Part shown: positions 23,400 through 35,290 of the stretch, in pieces
How the letters are laid out: each line of letters opens with the position of its first letter
Position numbering within the stretch: position 1 is the stretch's first letter
Origin: Octopus sinensis
Taxonomy: Eukaryota
Reading direction: 5' to 3'
Assembly: GCF_006345805.1 (NCBI RefSeq)
Contig: NC_042997.1
Span: 170,066,001-170,130,000, forward strand
Length of the DNA stretch: 64,000 nucleotides
Notes under the pieces: model-generated
Databases searched by the model: none
Seen by the model: only the letters and a program-made list of their open reading frames with translations
What the model was told of the DNA's origin: nothing
Translations under genes and position numbers: made by a program

Positions 23400-24394
23400 T
23401 TATAAAAAATAAACAGCTAAATAAAAGCACTGAGCCAGAATTAGTTAGAAAATTAAAACACTCAATGTTTAAAAAATCCAACAAATAAACGGAAACTTTT
23501 TTTAATATTAGAAAGTGAGGTTAATGTAATCCTGTAATTTGATTGGTTAAGAATAAATATTTCTTTATGCTAGTTTATTTCTTAAAATTAATATTTTCCC
23601 TTTTATAAAGGTTAAATTTTACGAATTAAATCCTATTTATTTTTTCCTACTTATTTAAAACCACTTTTAAATTAAGTTATTAAATATAAGTAGAAAATAT
23701 AATATATTTTTTTTAATATTCTCATGTACATCGCAATGTCTGGCTTTCATTTGGAGAAGTAGCTGAATTGTAAATATGACATTTTAACTTATGCTATTCT
23801 GAGAATATAATGTGTGCTATTATCAACGTCGTTTCTTCAATGTGAATTTCTTAAATACTATGTTAACGTTAAATTAGTGTAGACTTTTCTCATTTTTCCA
23901 TTCATAAGTAAGTATTTCACCCGGACATTTTCCAGTCTATTTCTGTTCTCTTTTTAACAATTATTTTGAATTTCTTCATTATTTATAATACTATTTTTAA
24001 ATAGTACATTCAGCAAAAACATTCATTGATTTCTTTTTCTTTATTCTAATTATTGGCATAGACTAATATAAAGCATGGTTACGTTTTTATGGCTATAATT
24101 TTCAAAACAAAGTTGGTATGTCTTTTTCCTGGTCGAGCGAACCTACGATCAAAGACATTCCAGCTATATAACCAGTCTATCTTATTTTTGAAATATAATG
24201 TCTATTTGTTCTAAACTCAACGATCGCTTAGATATATTCTTCCCTTTTTGTGTCGACAGATTTTGATTTGAATGCGATTTGGCGGCTATTTCTACGAGCT
24301 TGGACGACTTCTGTCATGAAGAAAGGTGAGTTCTGACATTTCGAAAGGACCAACTGGAAACGTCACAACTCGCCTCATCTCACTGCACACCGAC

Positions 24395-24600
24395 TTACCA
24401 TATTTTACAATTTTAGTAACCTTTCTCTTTTTTTTTATTTTTTATACTGGTGCAGATCTCCCTAGTGTGATCCTTGAGTTTTCTATTCCAGTTTCACTTT
24501 TGCCAATGGCTGCTAGTATCATCTTGTTTAGCGGCCGGCAAGTTTTTTACTTTGACTTGTTGTTACTGTTCATTTTATTTGTTTGTATGTGCTTATGCGT
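24395..24600. promoter_or_regulatory. Probable bidirectional promoter with flanking non-coding first exons of the ZNF gene (minus) and MED24 (plus)
   Basis: Non-repeat segment with retained CpGs. It holds a minus donor ATG|GTAAGT at 24398, a plus donor GTATGT at 24585, and CCAAT overlapping a YY1-like ATGGCTGC at about 24504-24514. Both genes have acceptors just upstream of their ATGs. Confidence 0.4.
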
Positions 24601-24699
24601 ATCTGTGCACGCACATGCTATTAAATTACGTTCCCTATTCCATTTACTTAAGCATTCAGTCACTCTGCCTGAACTCTCTTGGGAGGGTCTATATAATTA

Positions 24700-25100
24700 G
24701 ATCAATTTAGAATTTGTCATATAATTCGTCAACATCGAGAAAACCTCCGTCAGGGTCCCTCACTCTGTGATCAGTGGCCCCCGAAGAAGCTAGAGGTTGA
24801 GCCATTCAAACAATATACAGGGGGTGCTGTCACTAAGATGATAGCCACGAATTTAGTGTACATGTAGAAGTTCACTAGGGCTCGATTTTCAATGCCCTCC
24901 TATTCGTTATTGTTCTTCAAGTCATAACAGAAAAGCTTATAACTGGTTGCCCCTGAACTACTACTATATGCTGGTGACCTTATTTTTTTTATTATAGAAT
25001 CGTAAGAGGAATTAGAAAAGACATTCCAGATGCGAAAAGCAAAACCTAGCTTCAAAGAGCCTTCACAAGTAAACAGCGTTCTACACCAAAGTAAAATATT
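24700..25100 (+). mobile_element. RTE LINE reverse transcriptase fragment (decayed)
   Basis: Pieces read FVNIEK...RVPHSVI, PLLFVIVLQVITEKL-TGCP and LLYAGDL (YADD-like), with frameshifts and stops. Confidence 0.7.
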
Positions 25101-25993
25101 CTTGTTTCATAGAAACTGAAATGATGACAAATTGAAATTATAACTGTCTTGTGTTTAGTTTCTTGTTACTGCAAAAAAAAAAAAAACATTAGTTTGTAAG
25201 CCTTACAAACTAGTACTAATTTTGCCACTGTCCAAAATATTCAAGATTTGTCTGAGGGCGGTGTAAAGCCTTCTCAGATCAGTTTGTGATTTGATAAATT
25301 TTAATACCCCCTACAATACTCTATACTTTTACCCCCAGTCTTTCTCAGCAGACATGAAGACAAGAAACCCTCCTTCCAAGGCAATCTTAAATTCTCAGAA
25401 AGTTCGTCCAGGTATGATATTCTACTCCTCTAGGAAAAACTAATATAATTAAGCAACTGCTTTCAGGTGTTTTTTGCCTGGGGGAAATTAACACTTTCAA
25501 ATCATTAACACTTCACATCCAAAATTCCAGTATTGGCATCACTTAAATCATCTTGATTATTCAAAACACTGGAAATCAGTCGATATATTTTATTGTTTGC
25601 AAATAGGAAATTGTACTATGGAACATTTATTTGCAACATTGACGCTAAAATAACTACCTTCCATTCCAACTTGAGATTAATAATCCAACAGATCCATGAG
25701 TTAGCTGATGCTGCCTTCTTCTTGTGAATAGTCCACACACTTTTGCAAATAACCCTATTCTGGCCATATATTCTTGAATAGAAAACCTATGGGTCCTCAA
25801 CCATTGATAGTCTTATTTTAAATGTCTGCTGTGCATCATTAAGATTCAGCAAACTACTTGCATATAAACATCACATGTCTCAAATGTGCTTAACACCATA
25901 ACTAACAGAAATTCATGTGCAGAAATACAAACCAGACTAACACTTGCAAAGATTTTTTTTTGTGCTTTAAACCAATGGCAAATAATTCTTATA

Positions 25994-27285
25994 CGAGGGA
26001 CGTTCAATAAGTAATGCCCCTGACTCACTTGCGTTTGTTTGATCTAGCTGAAATTTTGTATGTGCAATTATTTATATCTCTATAGATTAAGTGGCAAATT
26101 ACAGCTCTGAACTAATTGTGGTTTCTGATTTACAGGTGTTTGAACTGAGTCAAGTGTGAAATGGAGCCTGTTGAGTGTCGAGCAGTGATCCGGTTTTTGT
26201 ATTTGAAAGGTCGCACACCACGGGAGACTTTTGATAAAATGAAAGTAACTTATGGTGATGATGCCCCATCATATGACCTTGTAAAACGCTGGCATCGTGA
26301 ATTCAAACATGGTCGGAACTCTGTGGAAATAGCTCCCAGATCTGGTCGCCCCACTTCTGCCATTGATGAGGCATCTGTCCGTCAAGGTGAGGCTGCCATT
26401 TTGGAAGATCGATGCATAACTATTCACCAAATAGCCCATTACGTCAAGATTAGTACTGGGTCTGTGGAAACTATCATTCATGACCATTTGTATATGCAAA
26501 AGGTGTCTGCCAGATGGATTCCCAGGTTGCTCACACCTTTCCAGAAGCAAGAACGTGTCGAGTGCTCAAGGATGAATTTGGAGATGTGCCAAGAAGATTA
26601 GTCAAAATTTTTCAAAAGACTGATTACACAGGATGAAACCTGGGTCCATCACTATGATCCAGAGACCAAAGCCCAATCAATGCAGTCGAAGCACCGTGAC
26701 TCACCTCCTCCAAAGAAGGTAAGGGTGCAGCCCTCCGCTGGCACGGTCATGCTCACAATCTTCTGGGACCAGGACGGAGTAGTGATGACAGATTTCCTGG
26801 CAAAGGGTACCACAATTACAAGAGCCTATTATGCTTCACTTTTGAGGAAATTAAGAGAAGCTATCAAAATCAAGAGGCGGGGCAAGATCAGCAAAGGCAT
26901 CCTCCTCCTGCAGGACAACGCTCCGGTCCACAACTCGCATGTCGCCAGATCAGAAGCACAGGCGTGCGGCTATGAACTCCTCCCCCATCCCCCTACTCTC
27001 TTGACCTTGCACCCTCTGATTTTCACCTCTTCCCAGCCATGAAGTTGTTTTTGAAAGGAAAGAGTTTCCCAGATGATGCAGCCTTGATTTCTGAAGTCAC
27101 GTCATGGTTGGGGGACCAAGCTGGGGTCTTCTACAAAAACGGCCTCCAGAACTGCATCAAACAATAGGAGAAATGCGTAACTCTGGGTAGTTCCTATGTA
27201 GAAAAAGACTAATAACTATGCCAAGTTTCGTTGCTCTACCCCTATGGGAAGTGGGTCAGGGGCATTACTTATTGAACGCCCCTCG
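25994..27285 (+). mobile_element. Full-length mariner (D,D34D) transposon, 1292 bp, transposase inactivated
   Basis: 31-bp TIRs (25994-26024, 27255-27285; one mismatch) and TA TSD on both sides. Transposase spans 26161-27212 with WIPRLL, TQDETWVHHY, QDNAPVH and HPPYS-DLAPSDF motifs and 34 residues between the second and third Asp. Confidence 0.96.
26161..27212 (+). pseudogene. Mariner transposase pseudogene
   Basis: In-frame TAG at 26599-26601, a 1-nt deletion in the C run at about 26989-26993 (HPPYS motif) and TAG at 27165-27167 in place of the conserved Trp. Confidence 0.93.
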
Positions 27286-27797
27286 TACATTTAAAAACAC
27301 TTAAAGCAGTAATTCAGATTTAACATAAAGAAAATACCCCATATGTCTGTAGTGTAATATTAATACATTAGACAATAACTTTAGAAAAAAGAAAGTCAGT
27401 AAATTAAATTTGTATTCTAAAACATCAGTATTGATAATTTTATACTGAAATTGATATTTAGATTTTATTTGTTTTCTATGTAAGTATAAAAAGTTGTTAG
27501 TTTAAGGAGCTCAACTACTCACTGTTGTGTCATGAGTTGAAATTTACCTACAGCTGTTGTAATCTCATAATCAAGTCATTACTCTGCTTGTATCGTTAAA
27601 GTTATCAATTCATATGCAAATGTATCAAACTTGTAAAACATCTGAGCCCTATTACCTTAAAAACTGATGTAAAACTGGAAATGAAATTTTATACGTTTAG
27701 TCAAGTTATGCTATTAATTGCTGCTTACTTTATTTGTTTTTGTTTTTTTAATTGTGTAATTTTTACTTTTGCAGAGACGCATAAATTAACGGAAAAT

Positions 27798-27948
27798 ATG
27801 GTTGCAGATTCCAAAACGGATTCTGTTTCCAGCCTCGTGAGAGCTGTGCTTGTGAAAGCATGGCGAGAGCGATGGAATGAAATAAGATGGGGAGTTTGCT
27901 TGAAACGAGTTCTCGCTAGCTACCCTGAAGAAAACTGTGACCTTGCTG
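27798..27948 (+). CDS. MED24: Mediator subunit 24, coding exon 1
   Basis: LVKAWRERWNEIRWG matches the MED24 N-terminus (human ILQAWKERWSDYQWA). Acceptor at 27774 upstream of the ATG; donor G|GTTGGT, phase 1. Confidence 0.92.
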
Positions 27949-29682
27949 GTTGGTGCTAACTTTTTTTTTTTATAATTATGTACAACTCCCCACTTGCTTT
28001 TATTAATAGTCAAGTGTTACCTGACATTATAGAACTAAAGTAGCCTCCCTTCTTACTATTCTATCTTGAATGGATGTAATGGAAAATCGTTTCCAACTAT
28101 GAATTAATAAAGACTGATCGTATAATTCTGTTCTCTCAAGCATAAGTGACTCTTTCAGCCTCTCTTCCAGCAGGTAGCTAACATAAAATATGTTTAGTTT
28201 AATGATGAATAAAACCTGATAAATGTAAACTAGACTTAGTATATATCAAATAGCTTTTACACCATTCCAGTTTTGTGTATTTTATAGATCTTTTAGTTTG
28301 TTTTGGCTGCTGGTTTGATTATCTTTTTATTTGAACAGATGGATGAATTAACAGCAGGTGGCAGGCATATGGTTTGAGTCTTGTAGTGGGCCTGTTACTC
28401 TTTTCTTAAATTCATACCAATAACGTGTAATATCGATGGTATGAATGTAAAAGTTAGATAGTTCAGGCAAGTTGATAAATTAAAATGTTATGGAATGTAT
28501 AATGAGAATGGATATTAGTACATTTCAGAAATTATGCTTTTTGTCTCTTCGACAGTAGGAAGAATAAGAGATTTTTTATTTCTTGAACTATGCTCATAAC
28601 TTCTACTCATACCAATGTATCTTTCCCTTTACATAGTGATAAAGCTATTTAAATCTACAACCACAATTATGATGTAGGCATTTTCTTGTATGTGGAACTT
28701 TTTCTTCTATTTTACATCCATTATTTTTTTTATATATTTTCATGGGTAAAATGGTTTATCTCTTAGCACAGTTGCTTTTATCCTTCTGATAACCATCCAA
28801 ATATAAAATAGAGGTGGAGCGTGTATTTTTTAATTTATGTTTAGTTTGGCAAATAAGAGCAGAATTAAGTACATTTCATGGGACCTCACATATATGATAT
28901 GGATATAAAGTTATTCTGGCTCTTGATAACATGTGCTTTATATAGCTTTTATCATTCAATGTAACAACACCAGTTATAGGATCTATTAACTTTTATAAAG
29001 TGTTCTTTGTACATTTACAATCTTAGCATCAGAATTAGTATGCATCTAAAAGAACCACAAACTATTCACCATCCATGTGATCTGTCTCAACTAATAAGTA
29101 TAACAATTAATATTACTAGCGTAGATGGCAGAATCATTAGCATGCCGGGCACAAGTATCATTTCATTACTGGGGTTGATGTAATCAACTTACTCTACAAA
29201 AAAAAATTGCTGGCCTTGTTCCAAAATTTGAAATTGATATTAATAGTATAGATAAGGTGGTAAGCTGCCATCTTACCACCTTATCTATACTAGTTGGCAA
29301 AATGCTTAGCAACAGTTTGTTTTTACATTCTGAGTTCAAACTCAGCTGAAGTTGATTTTGCCTTTCATCATTTCGGGGTTGATAAAATAAATACCAGTAG
29401 AGCACTGGGGTCAATGTAATTGATTTACTCCCACCCCCTAAAATTGCTGGCCTTGTGCCAAAATTTGAAATCAATATAATTACTCACTATTAAATTTGAA
29501 ATAAAATTATGTAAAGGAAGTCAAAAGTGTGACATGTTTTTATTGCATCAAATTATAAATAATGTTCTGCTTTCTTTTTGTCATGCTGTATTTGACTACT
29601 CAGAGAAGAGAATTATTTCACAATAAAACCATTTTATGTAGCTAAGACTTTAAAAAGATCATTACTTTTACTTTTCATACAG

Positions 29683-29765
29683 AAATACTACTACAGCAAG
29701 CTTTAGTTGGTACGAGCCCAAACACTTTGGTTATGTCTTACCTCCGTCATGCTATCAGTTCTCAA
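29683..29765 (+). CDS. MED24: MED24 coding exon 2
   Basis: EILLQQALVGTSPNTLVMSYLRHAISSQ (human LLEQAMIGPSPNPLILSYLKYAISSQ); AG/GT sites, phase 1 to 0. Confidence 0.93.
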
Positions 29766-30486
29766 GTAAGTTATGTTTATAAAAATAAAATTTTATTCAA
29801 TTGTAATGATTTTTTTTTTTTTTTGAAAATTCACTTACAAAATCATTGAAATGTAAATTTTCTAAGTATTTTCTTAATTTTAACAAATCATCAATATTCA
29901 ACATCTGTTATTCATGCTAGAATGGATTGGATGACTTCACAGGAGCTGGCATCTCCAGAGGCCTCACAAGGTTCCGTAATCTGTTTTGGTTTGGTTCCTA
30001 CAGCTGGATACCATTCCTAACACCAACTGCTTAACAAACTGGGTGCTTTTTACGTTGCACCTTGGTTTTAGGACATCAATTCTGTTGTGGATGGATCTTC
30101 TTGAGTCACAGGAGATGAAATCATTATATTGCATTTTAATGAATTAATTAGTAAAAGTTTTCAATAATAGGAGTAAAATCAGCATGAAAATTGTTTGTAG
30201 AATCATCTTGATCGACAGACTACTTCTTGGAAATGTGTACATTTTGTGTATCAATAAAGAAATGAATTGTTATAAATATATGTAATATCAAATTTTTTTA
30301 AAGGCATTGTTTGATTCTATAGCAGCGTTTTAAAGTTAGCTTTTTCATTATATTTTATTCAAGAGTTTAAAGTTAATTTTAGTGTCTTCTTTAGCCATAA
30401 AACCTGCATTTTAAATATTTAATATTTGAGAGCTTAATTTGGATTTTATAAGTCTGTTTACAAATCTCTTTTATTCCTGTTTTCAG

Positions 30487-30599
30487 CTCATCACTCACAA
30501 CGTAGCCTACCGAAATATTACAAAATTTGAAGACTTCAATCGACCTTACTGTATTCTTGGTTTAGTGGAACTGGTTGAGAGTGTAACAGTAAAGTTTAG
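30487..30599 (+). CDS. MED24: MED24 coding exon 3
   Basis: LITHNVAYRNITKFEDFNRPYCILGLVEL (human ISKFDDFSRDLCV); phase 0 to 2. Confidence 0.9.
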
Positions 30600-30829
30600 G
30601 TAAGTTAGTTAAGCTAATTTGTTTTCATTTCAGTACAGGCTGTGTGATAAAAAGTTTGCTTCCGAACCACATGGTTCCTGGTTCACTCCCACTGCATGGC
30701 ACCACTATAACCTCAGGTCAATCAAAGCTCTATGAGTGAATTTGGAAGACAGAAACTGAAAGAAGCCCATTGTGTGTGTATCCTTGTCAAACCATCCAAT
30801 TCGTATCTGCATGGGACATGGATGTTAAA

Positions 30830-31410
30830 TAATGATGATCGTCATCATTGTTCAACATCTGTTTTCCATGCTGGCATGGGTTGGACAGTTCGACTTGGTG
30901 GGTCTGGGAAGCCAGGAGGCTGCACCAGGCTCCAATCTGATCTGGCAGTGTTTTCTACAGTTGGATGCTCTTCCTAACGCCAACCACTCAGAGAGTGTAG
31001 TGGGTGCTTTTTATGTGCCACCAGCATGGGAGCAAGAGAGGGCTGGCATTGACCATGTTTGGCTGGTACTTTTATGTGCCACTGGCACAGGAGCCACTCG
31101 GGGCAAGGGGGATGGCATCGGCCACATTTGGATGGTGCTTTTTACATTCCACCAGCACGGGATACCAGACAGGTGGCACTGGCATCAACCACAGCTACAA
31201 TTTCCATTTGATTGTGGTTTGATTAGATTTTGATGTTGATGTACTTAACTCAGTAGGTCTCCTCAAGCATGGCATGTTGCCTTACGATCCAAAAGGCACT
31301 TTTGAGTGGGCTGCTTATGTGACACTGGTGTAGGCTACAGCTGTGATCTCACTTTATTTGCCGGGTCTTCTTGGTCTTCTGTTATTGCCTCTGTGAGGCC
31401 CAGTGTTCAA
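30830..31410 (-). mobile_element. RTE LINE 3-prime end: end of ORF, 3-prime UTR and family A tail
   Basis: Minus strand has a TLGLTEA...KTRQ-like ORF terminus (decayed), then a minisatellite and the family A terminal module. Confidence 0.6.
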
Positions 31411-31959
31411 GATAATATATAGTTACATTTAATCATGTTAACTATCGAATTCTATGAATTTATTCTTTATGTTTTGCCCTTAATCAACCCTGATCCAGGA
31501 GGTCTTAGCCATAACAACATTGTTTGTCTCAGGCTACATCATTTAATGTCTTTCCTTTTCAAAGACAGTAGGGTTGTGGTTTGTGATAGATTTGGCTGTT
31601 GTTTCTAGCAGGTCTACTGCCCCCATCCTTCCCTGTAGATTCTCCCAAGTAATGTAATATCATAGGGTAATATTTATCCTCACTTAAACATGGGCGTTCT
31701 ATTAAACAAACTATACTGCAGCAGTTTAGCATGAGAGAAACTCTCATATAAACAAGAGTGCATTTTGCACAAAAAATGCTGATATGAGAGTTTTTCTCAT
31801 GCATACTACAGCAGTATAGTTTGTTCTAATAGAACATCCATGTTTAAGTAGACATAAATATTATCTCTCAGTATTGATATTGCCTCTCTCACTAATATAT
31901 ATTTCTAACCCCCTTTGCTTGCGAAGACATGTTGGGGCAAGTGAAATCGAAATCAAATT

Positions 31960-32302
31960 GAACCAGCCAGGATCCCTGGTCTGGTGGTATGTAAAAAGCA
32001 CTATCCGACTCGTGGCCGATGCCAGCGCCGCCTCGACTGGCTTCCGTGCCGGTGGCACATAAAATGCACCAATCCGACAGTGGCCGTTGCCAGCCTCGCC
32101 TGGCACCTGTGCAGGTGGCACGTAAAAAGCACCCATTACACTCACGGAGTGGTTGGTGTTAGGAAGGGCATCCAGCTGTAGAAACATTGCCAGATAAGAC
32201 TGGAGCCTGGTGCAGCCTTCTGGCTTCCCAGATCCCCGGTCGAACCGTCCAACCCATGCTAGCATGGAGAACGGACGTTAAACGATGATGATGATGATGA
32301 TG
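31960..32302 (+). mobile_element. Young family A copy with internal roughly 50-bp minisatellite
   Basis: CpG-intact, repeated GGTGGCAC(G/A)TAAAA units, (GAT)n tail ending about 56 bp before the exon 4 acceptor. Confidence 0.85.
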
Positions 32303-32358
32303 ATTAGTAATGTAATATATGCTTATGTGCTAATTCTCTTGTTTTGTTTGTTTTTCAG

Positions 32359-32582
32359 TTTTGCTTGTACTGCTGACTCTCCTCTGGTTTTATCACGTTC
32401 ATTACAAAAGCTACTTCATTGGTTGCTACTTTGTATATTAAAATCTTTACAAAGACTTGCTGAAGGTAGACAAACCCAAGAACATATCACCATTATAGAC
32501 CGAACGTGTACTGCTATCCAGAAGATAATGCAAGGAGGTCCTATATGGGCATTGTTATACATTGCCAGATCTGAAGATAATG
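32359..32582 (+). CDS. MED24: MED24 coding exon 4
   Basis: LSRSLQKLLHWLL...ALLYIARSED (human LCRALLSALHWLL...ALLHIAKLEE); phase 2 to 1. Confidence 0.92.
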
Positions 32583-33390
32583 GTAATTACCTGCCAATAC
32601 TATTCACATTTCTTGTTATTGAGGTCAAATGATTACTTAGTGCAGCATAGAGTAATTAAAATTTTAATTATCTTACCCCTAGTTAATGTCATTTCTACTG
32701 TAAGCTCAAGGCCTGAAAATGGAAGGTGGGGTGGCTGGTTGATTACATACCACCCCAGTACTTGACTGGTATTTATTTTATTGACCCCAAAGTGATGAAA
32801 GGCAAAGTTGGCCTCAGTGGAATTTGAACTCAGAGCCTGAAGACAGAAATAATGGCTGCTAAGCATTCTGTCCAGCATGCTAATGATTCTGTCAGCTCAC
32901 ATTCAATAGACTTAACTTTCACTATGTGGTTCACTCCAACTACACAGGGCATTGGGTGACTAATACTTATAGCCGTGAGCTGACTAATGAATTTGGTAAA
33001 CAATAATTGCAGGAAAACTAGTGTATATGCATGCATACACACACACACACACACGCATGTTGATGTTCACATTACTTGAATGATCCATTATGCCCTTTTG
33101 AAAACCACTGGAATAAAAAAAAAATCCGTTACTTGAAAAACAGATAAAGATTGGTAACATAAAGAACATTCAGCCTTAAAATAACTGTCTAACCCATGCT
33201 AGCTGGAAAAATAGACCTTAGACAAATAAATTTGTTCAGTATTTACTAAATCTTAATAGATATGTTAGCCTTTTCTCTCTGTCTTTCATAACTTAGTTTT
33301 TGAGAGTGTCATTGAAATCCCTGTACATTTTGGGAACCAAAATAATTGTCTATCCTTTTTTTTTAATCTATATTCATTTCTTATTGGCAG

Positions 33391-33514
33391 AGACTTACAG
33401 AGAATTTGAACAGACAGAAGTGAATGTCCGAGGAACAGTTACACAATTACAACAAAATGTCATATCAATCCAGCAACGAGAGAAAGTTATAGAAACATTA
33501 CTGGTTCTTGGCGG
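33391..33514 (+). CDS. MED24: MED24 coding exon 5
   Basis: ETYREFEQTEVNVRGTVTQLQQ...; acceptor GGCAG, donor GG|GTGCGT; phases fit both neighbours (1 to 2). Confidence 0.82.
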
Positions 33515-34055
33515 GTGCGTTTCAACTACATGCTTTCGCTACAATTGTACTGTGACAAGTCCTTCAAATAATGAATATTTATTAGATTGTACAAGAATTA
33601 TACTAGGTCTTCCAAGTGCAGTAAATCATCTATTTATAAATATAGGATAGTTTTATCTATATCCAATATTCTTCTAATGTCATACTTCTCAACTTTCTAG
33701 AAATTTAATTCTGTATTGAAACTATTTGGAGACAAACAATGAAAAACAAAAGCATGAAATATCTGGTCTTATTCTATACTATTTTACTAGTAACTCCTTT
33801 CAAATATAAAAAAAAATTCAGATAATCATAGGAAAAGCAATTATATAAACAAAATATAAGCAGATCTGTTATTTAATAACACAGAATATGTTATTAAATT
33901 TATTAACCTAATTTCTTGGACCACCCTATTAGCTATTTAGCATGTAATTCAAAATAGTTTTTTGTTTTTTTTTGCAAATGAATTTAATTAGAAATTGTTC
34001 ATATTTATTGCTTGTTACTAAATTTTTGATTAAATAAATATCTTTTCTTTTTCAG

Positions 34056-34215
34056 TCAAGAAATGCAAAATTCTTCAGATAAAGCAGTTTTAGAAGTCAG
34101 TCATTTAACAGTTTGTCCAACAGTAAATGCATTGGTAGCTCTTGAAGCTGTTCTAAACCCAACAAATGATGTACAACCATTCCTGGAACAGCTGCTTGTT
34201 ATAGAGAAACTTGCA
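34056..34215 (+). CDS. MED24: MED24 coding exon 6
   Basis: CPTVNALVALEAVLNPTNDVQPFLEQLLVIEKLA (human FPTVHAVILLEGTMNLTGETQSLVEQL); phase 2 to 0. Confidence 0.92.
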
Positions 34216-35176
34216 GTAAATAATAAGTGATATTTTCTATTTCATACCATTTGTTAGAGTATTTTTTGTACCATTAGAATTTTGTTGGTCAGCATTTAGA
34301 TAAAATTAAGAAATAGCAACATGTTCAGTTATATAATTATCAGCAAATATAATTAGTCCAAAGAAAGTAGTAGTTGTTTGCACTAGCAGAAATCATTTAA
34401 TAAAGTTCATAAATTTGTAAACCAATTCAAACTTCATTAATAATGCATCTCTATCTTATTGTTTCTTTGTGGATTATTTTGCTTTTGGCTGAAACTTTGT
34501 GCTGAAAGACAATATGAAGATTGAATTTGGCCTTCAATTCTTAAGTTCTTCAGTTGATTCAAACCATTGTGATTGTGACTGTATAGCTGCCTATATCCAA
34601 AGTAGATTCTAAGTATTGTTGCTCTGTCTTCAACTAATAACGTTCATAAGTATGAATTTCCCTTGTTACTGTTTAAACCCAGACCAATCCTGACTGAGTA
34701 GACCTATGATCTAAAGCTTTCCAACCATGACCATCCTTGTTAATAGGAATAGTGTTTCAAGGATTACTCCCCCACCCTCAAGTAGTAGGGTGTGATTTGA
34801 GATTTCACTGCTGTATTTATTTAAATAGGAACATTCTTACATGAGTTATTTTGTATTGTAAAAACCAAGGCAGTCTTAGGCAGAATAGTATTGAAAGAAT
34901 TAACTATATTATTCTGCAGAATTAGGTCTTTTAGCACAAAGGTTCTCAACCATTTTTTATCTGTGGACCCCTTTGATTACAATTTTATTTTGGTGGACAC
35001 CTCCCCCATTAGATATTAAAAAACTAGTTTTATAGAAATTTCTTTCAAAAAATGCGAATCTGTAATGTAGGCCATTCATACATTGTTGTAGGTTAGTCAA
35101 TACTCAGCTTAATATAATTCAATAAATTCATCACATTCTACTTGATATTTCTGTTTGTTTTTTTTTTTCTTTTTAG

Positions 35177-35290
35177 AAACTTAATCGTGCCAAGTTATAC
35201 TGTGAATTAATGCGAGCCTGCTTTATGGGATTAATCGATTCCAATGGCGGCCAAGAGGAACTGAAATGGGCAGCATTTACTTTCTTAAAA
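35177..35290 (+). CDS. MED24: MED24 coding exon 7
   Basis: ELMRACFMGLIDSNGGQEELKWAAFTFLK (human EIWKACFVGLIESPEGTEELKWTAFTFLK); phase 0 to 0. Confidence 0.96.

Noticed and set aside
24300-24330. MED24 non-coding first-exon donor GAAAG|GTGAG
   Set aside because: It abuts a copy of the GATTTGGCTGCTATTTCTAGC repeat family and would overlap the predicted ZNF first intron; the 24585 donor fits the promoter layout better. Not excluded.
30732-32265. Cluster of 60-134-aa ORFs (LQLDALP...)
   Set aside because: Recurring translations of family A and C SINEs; the same peptides appear at 15458, 56700 and 62901.
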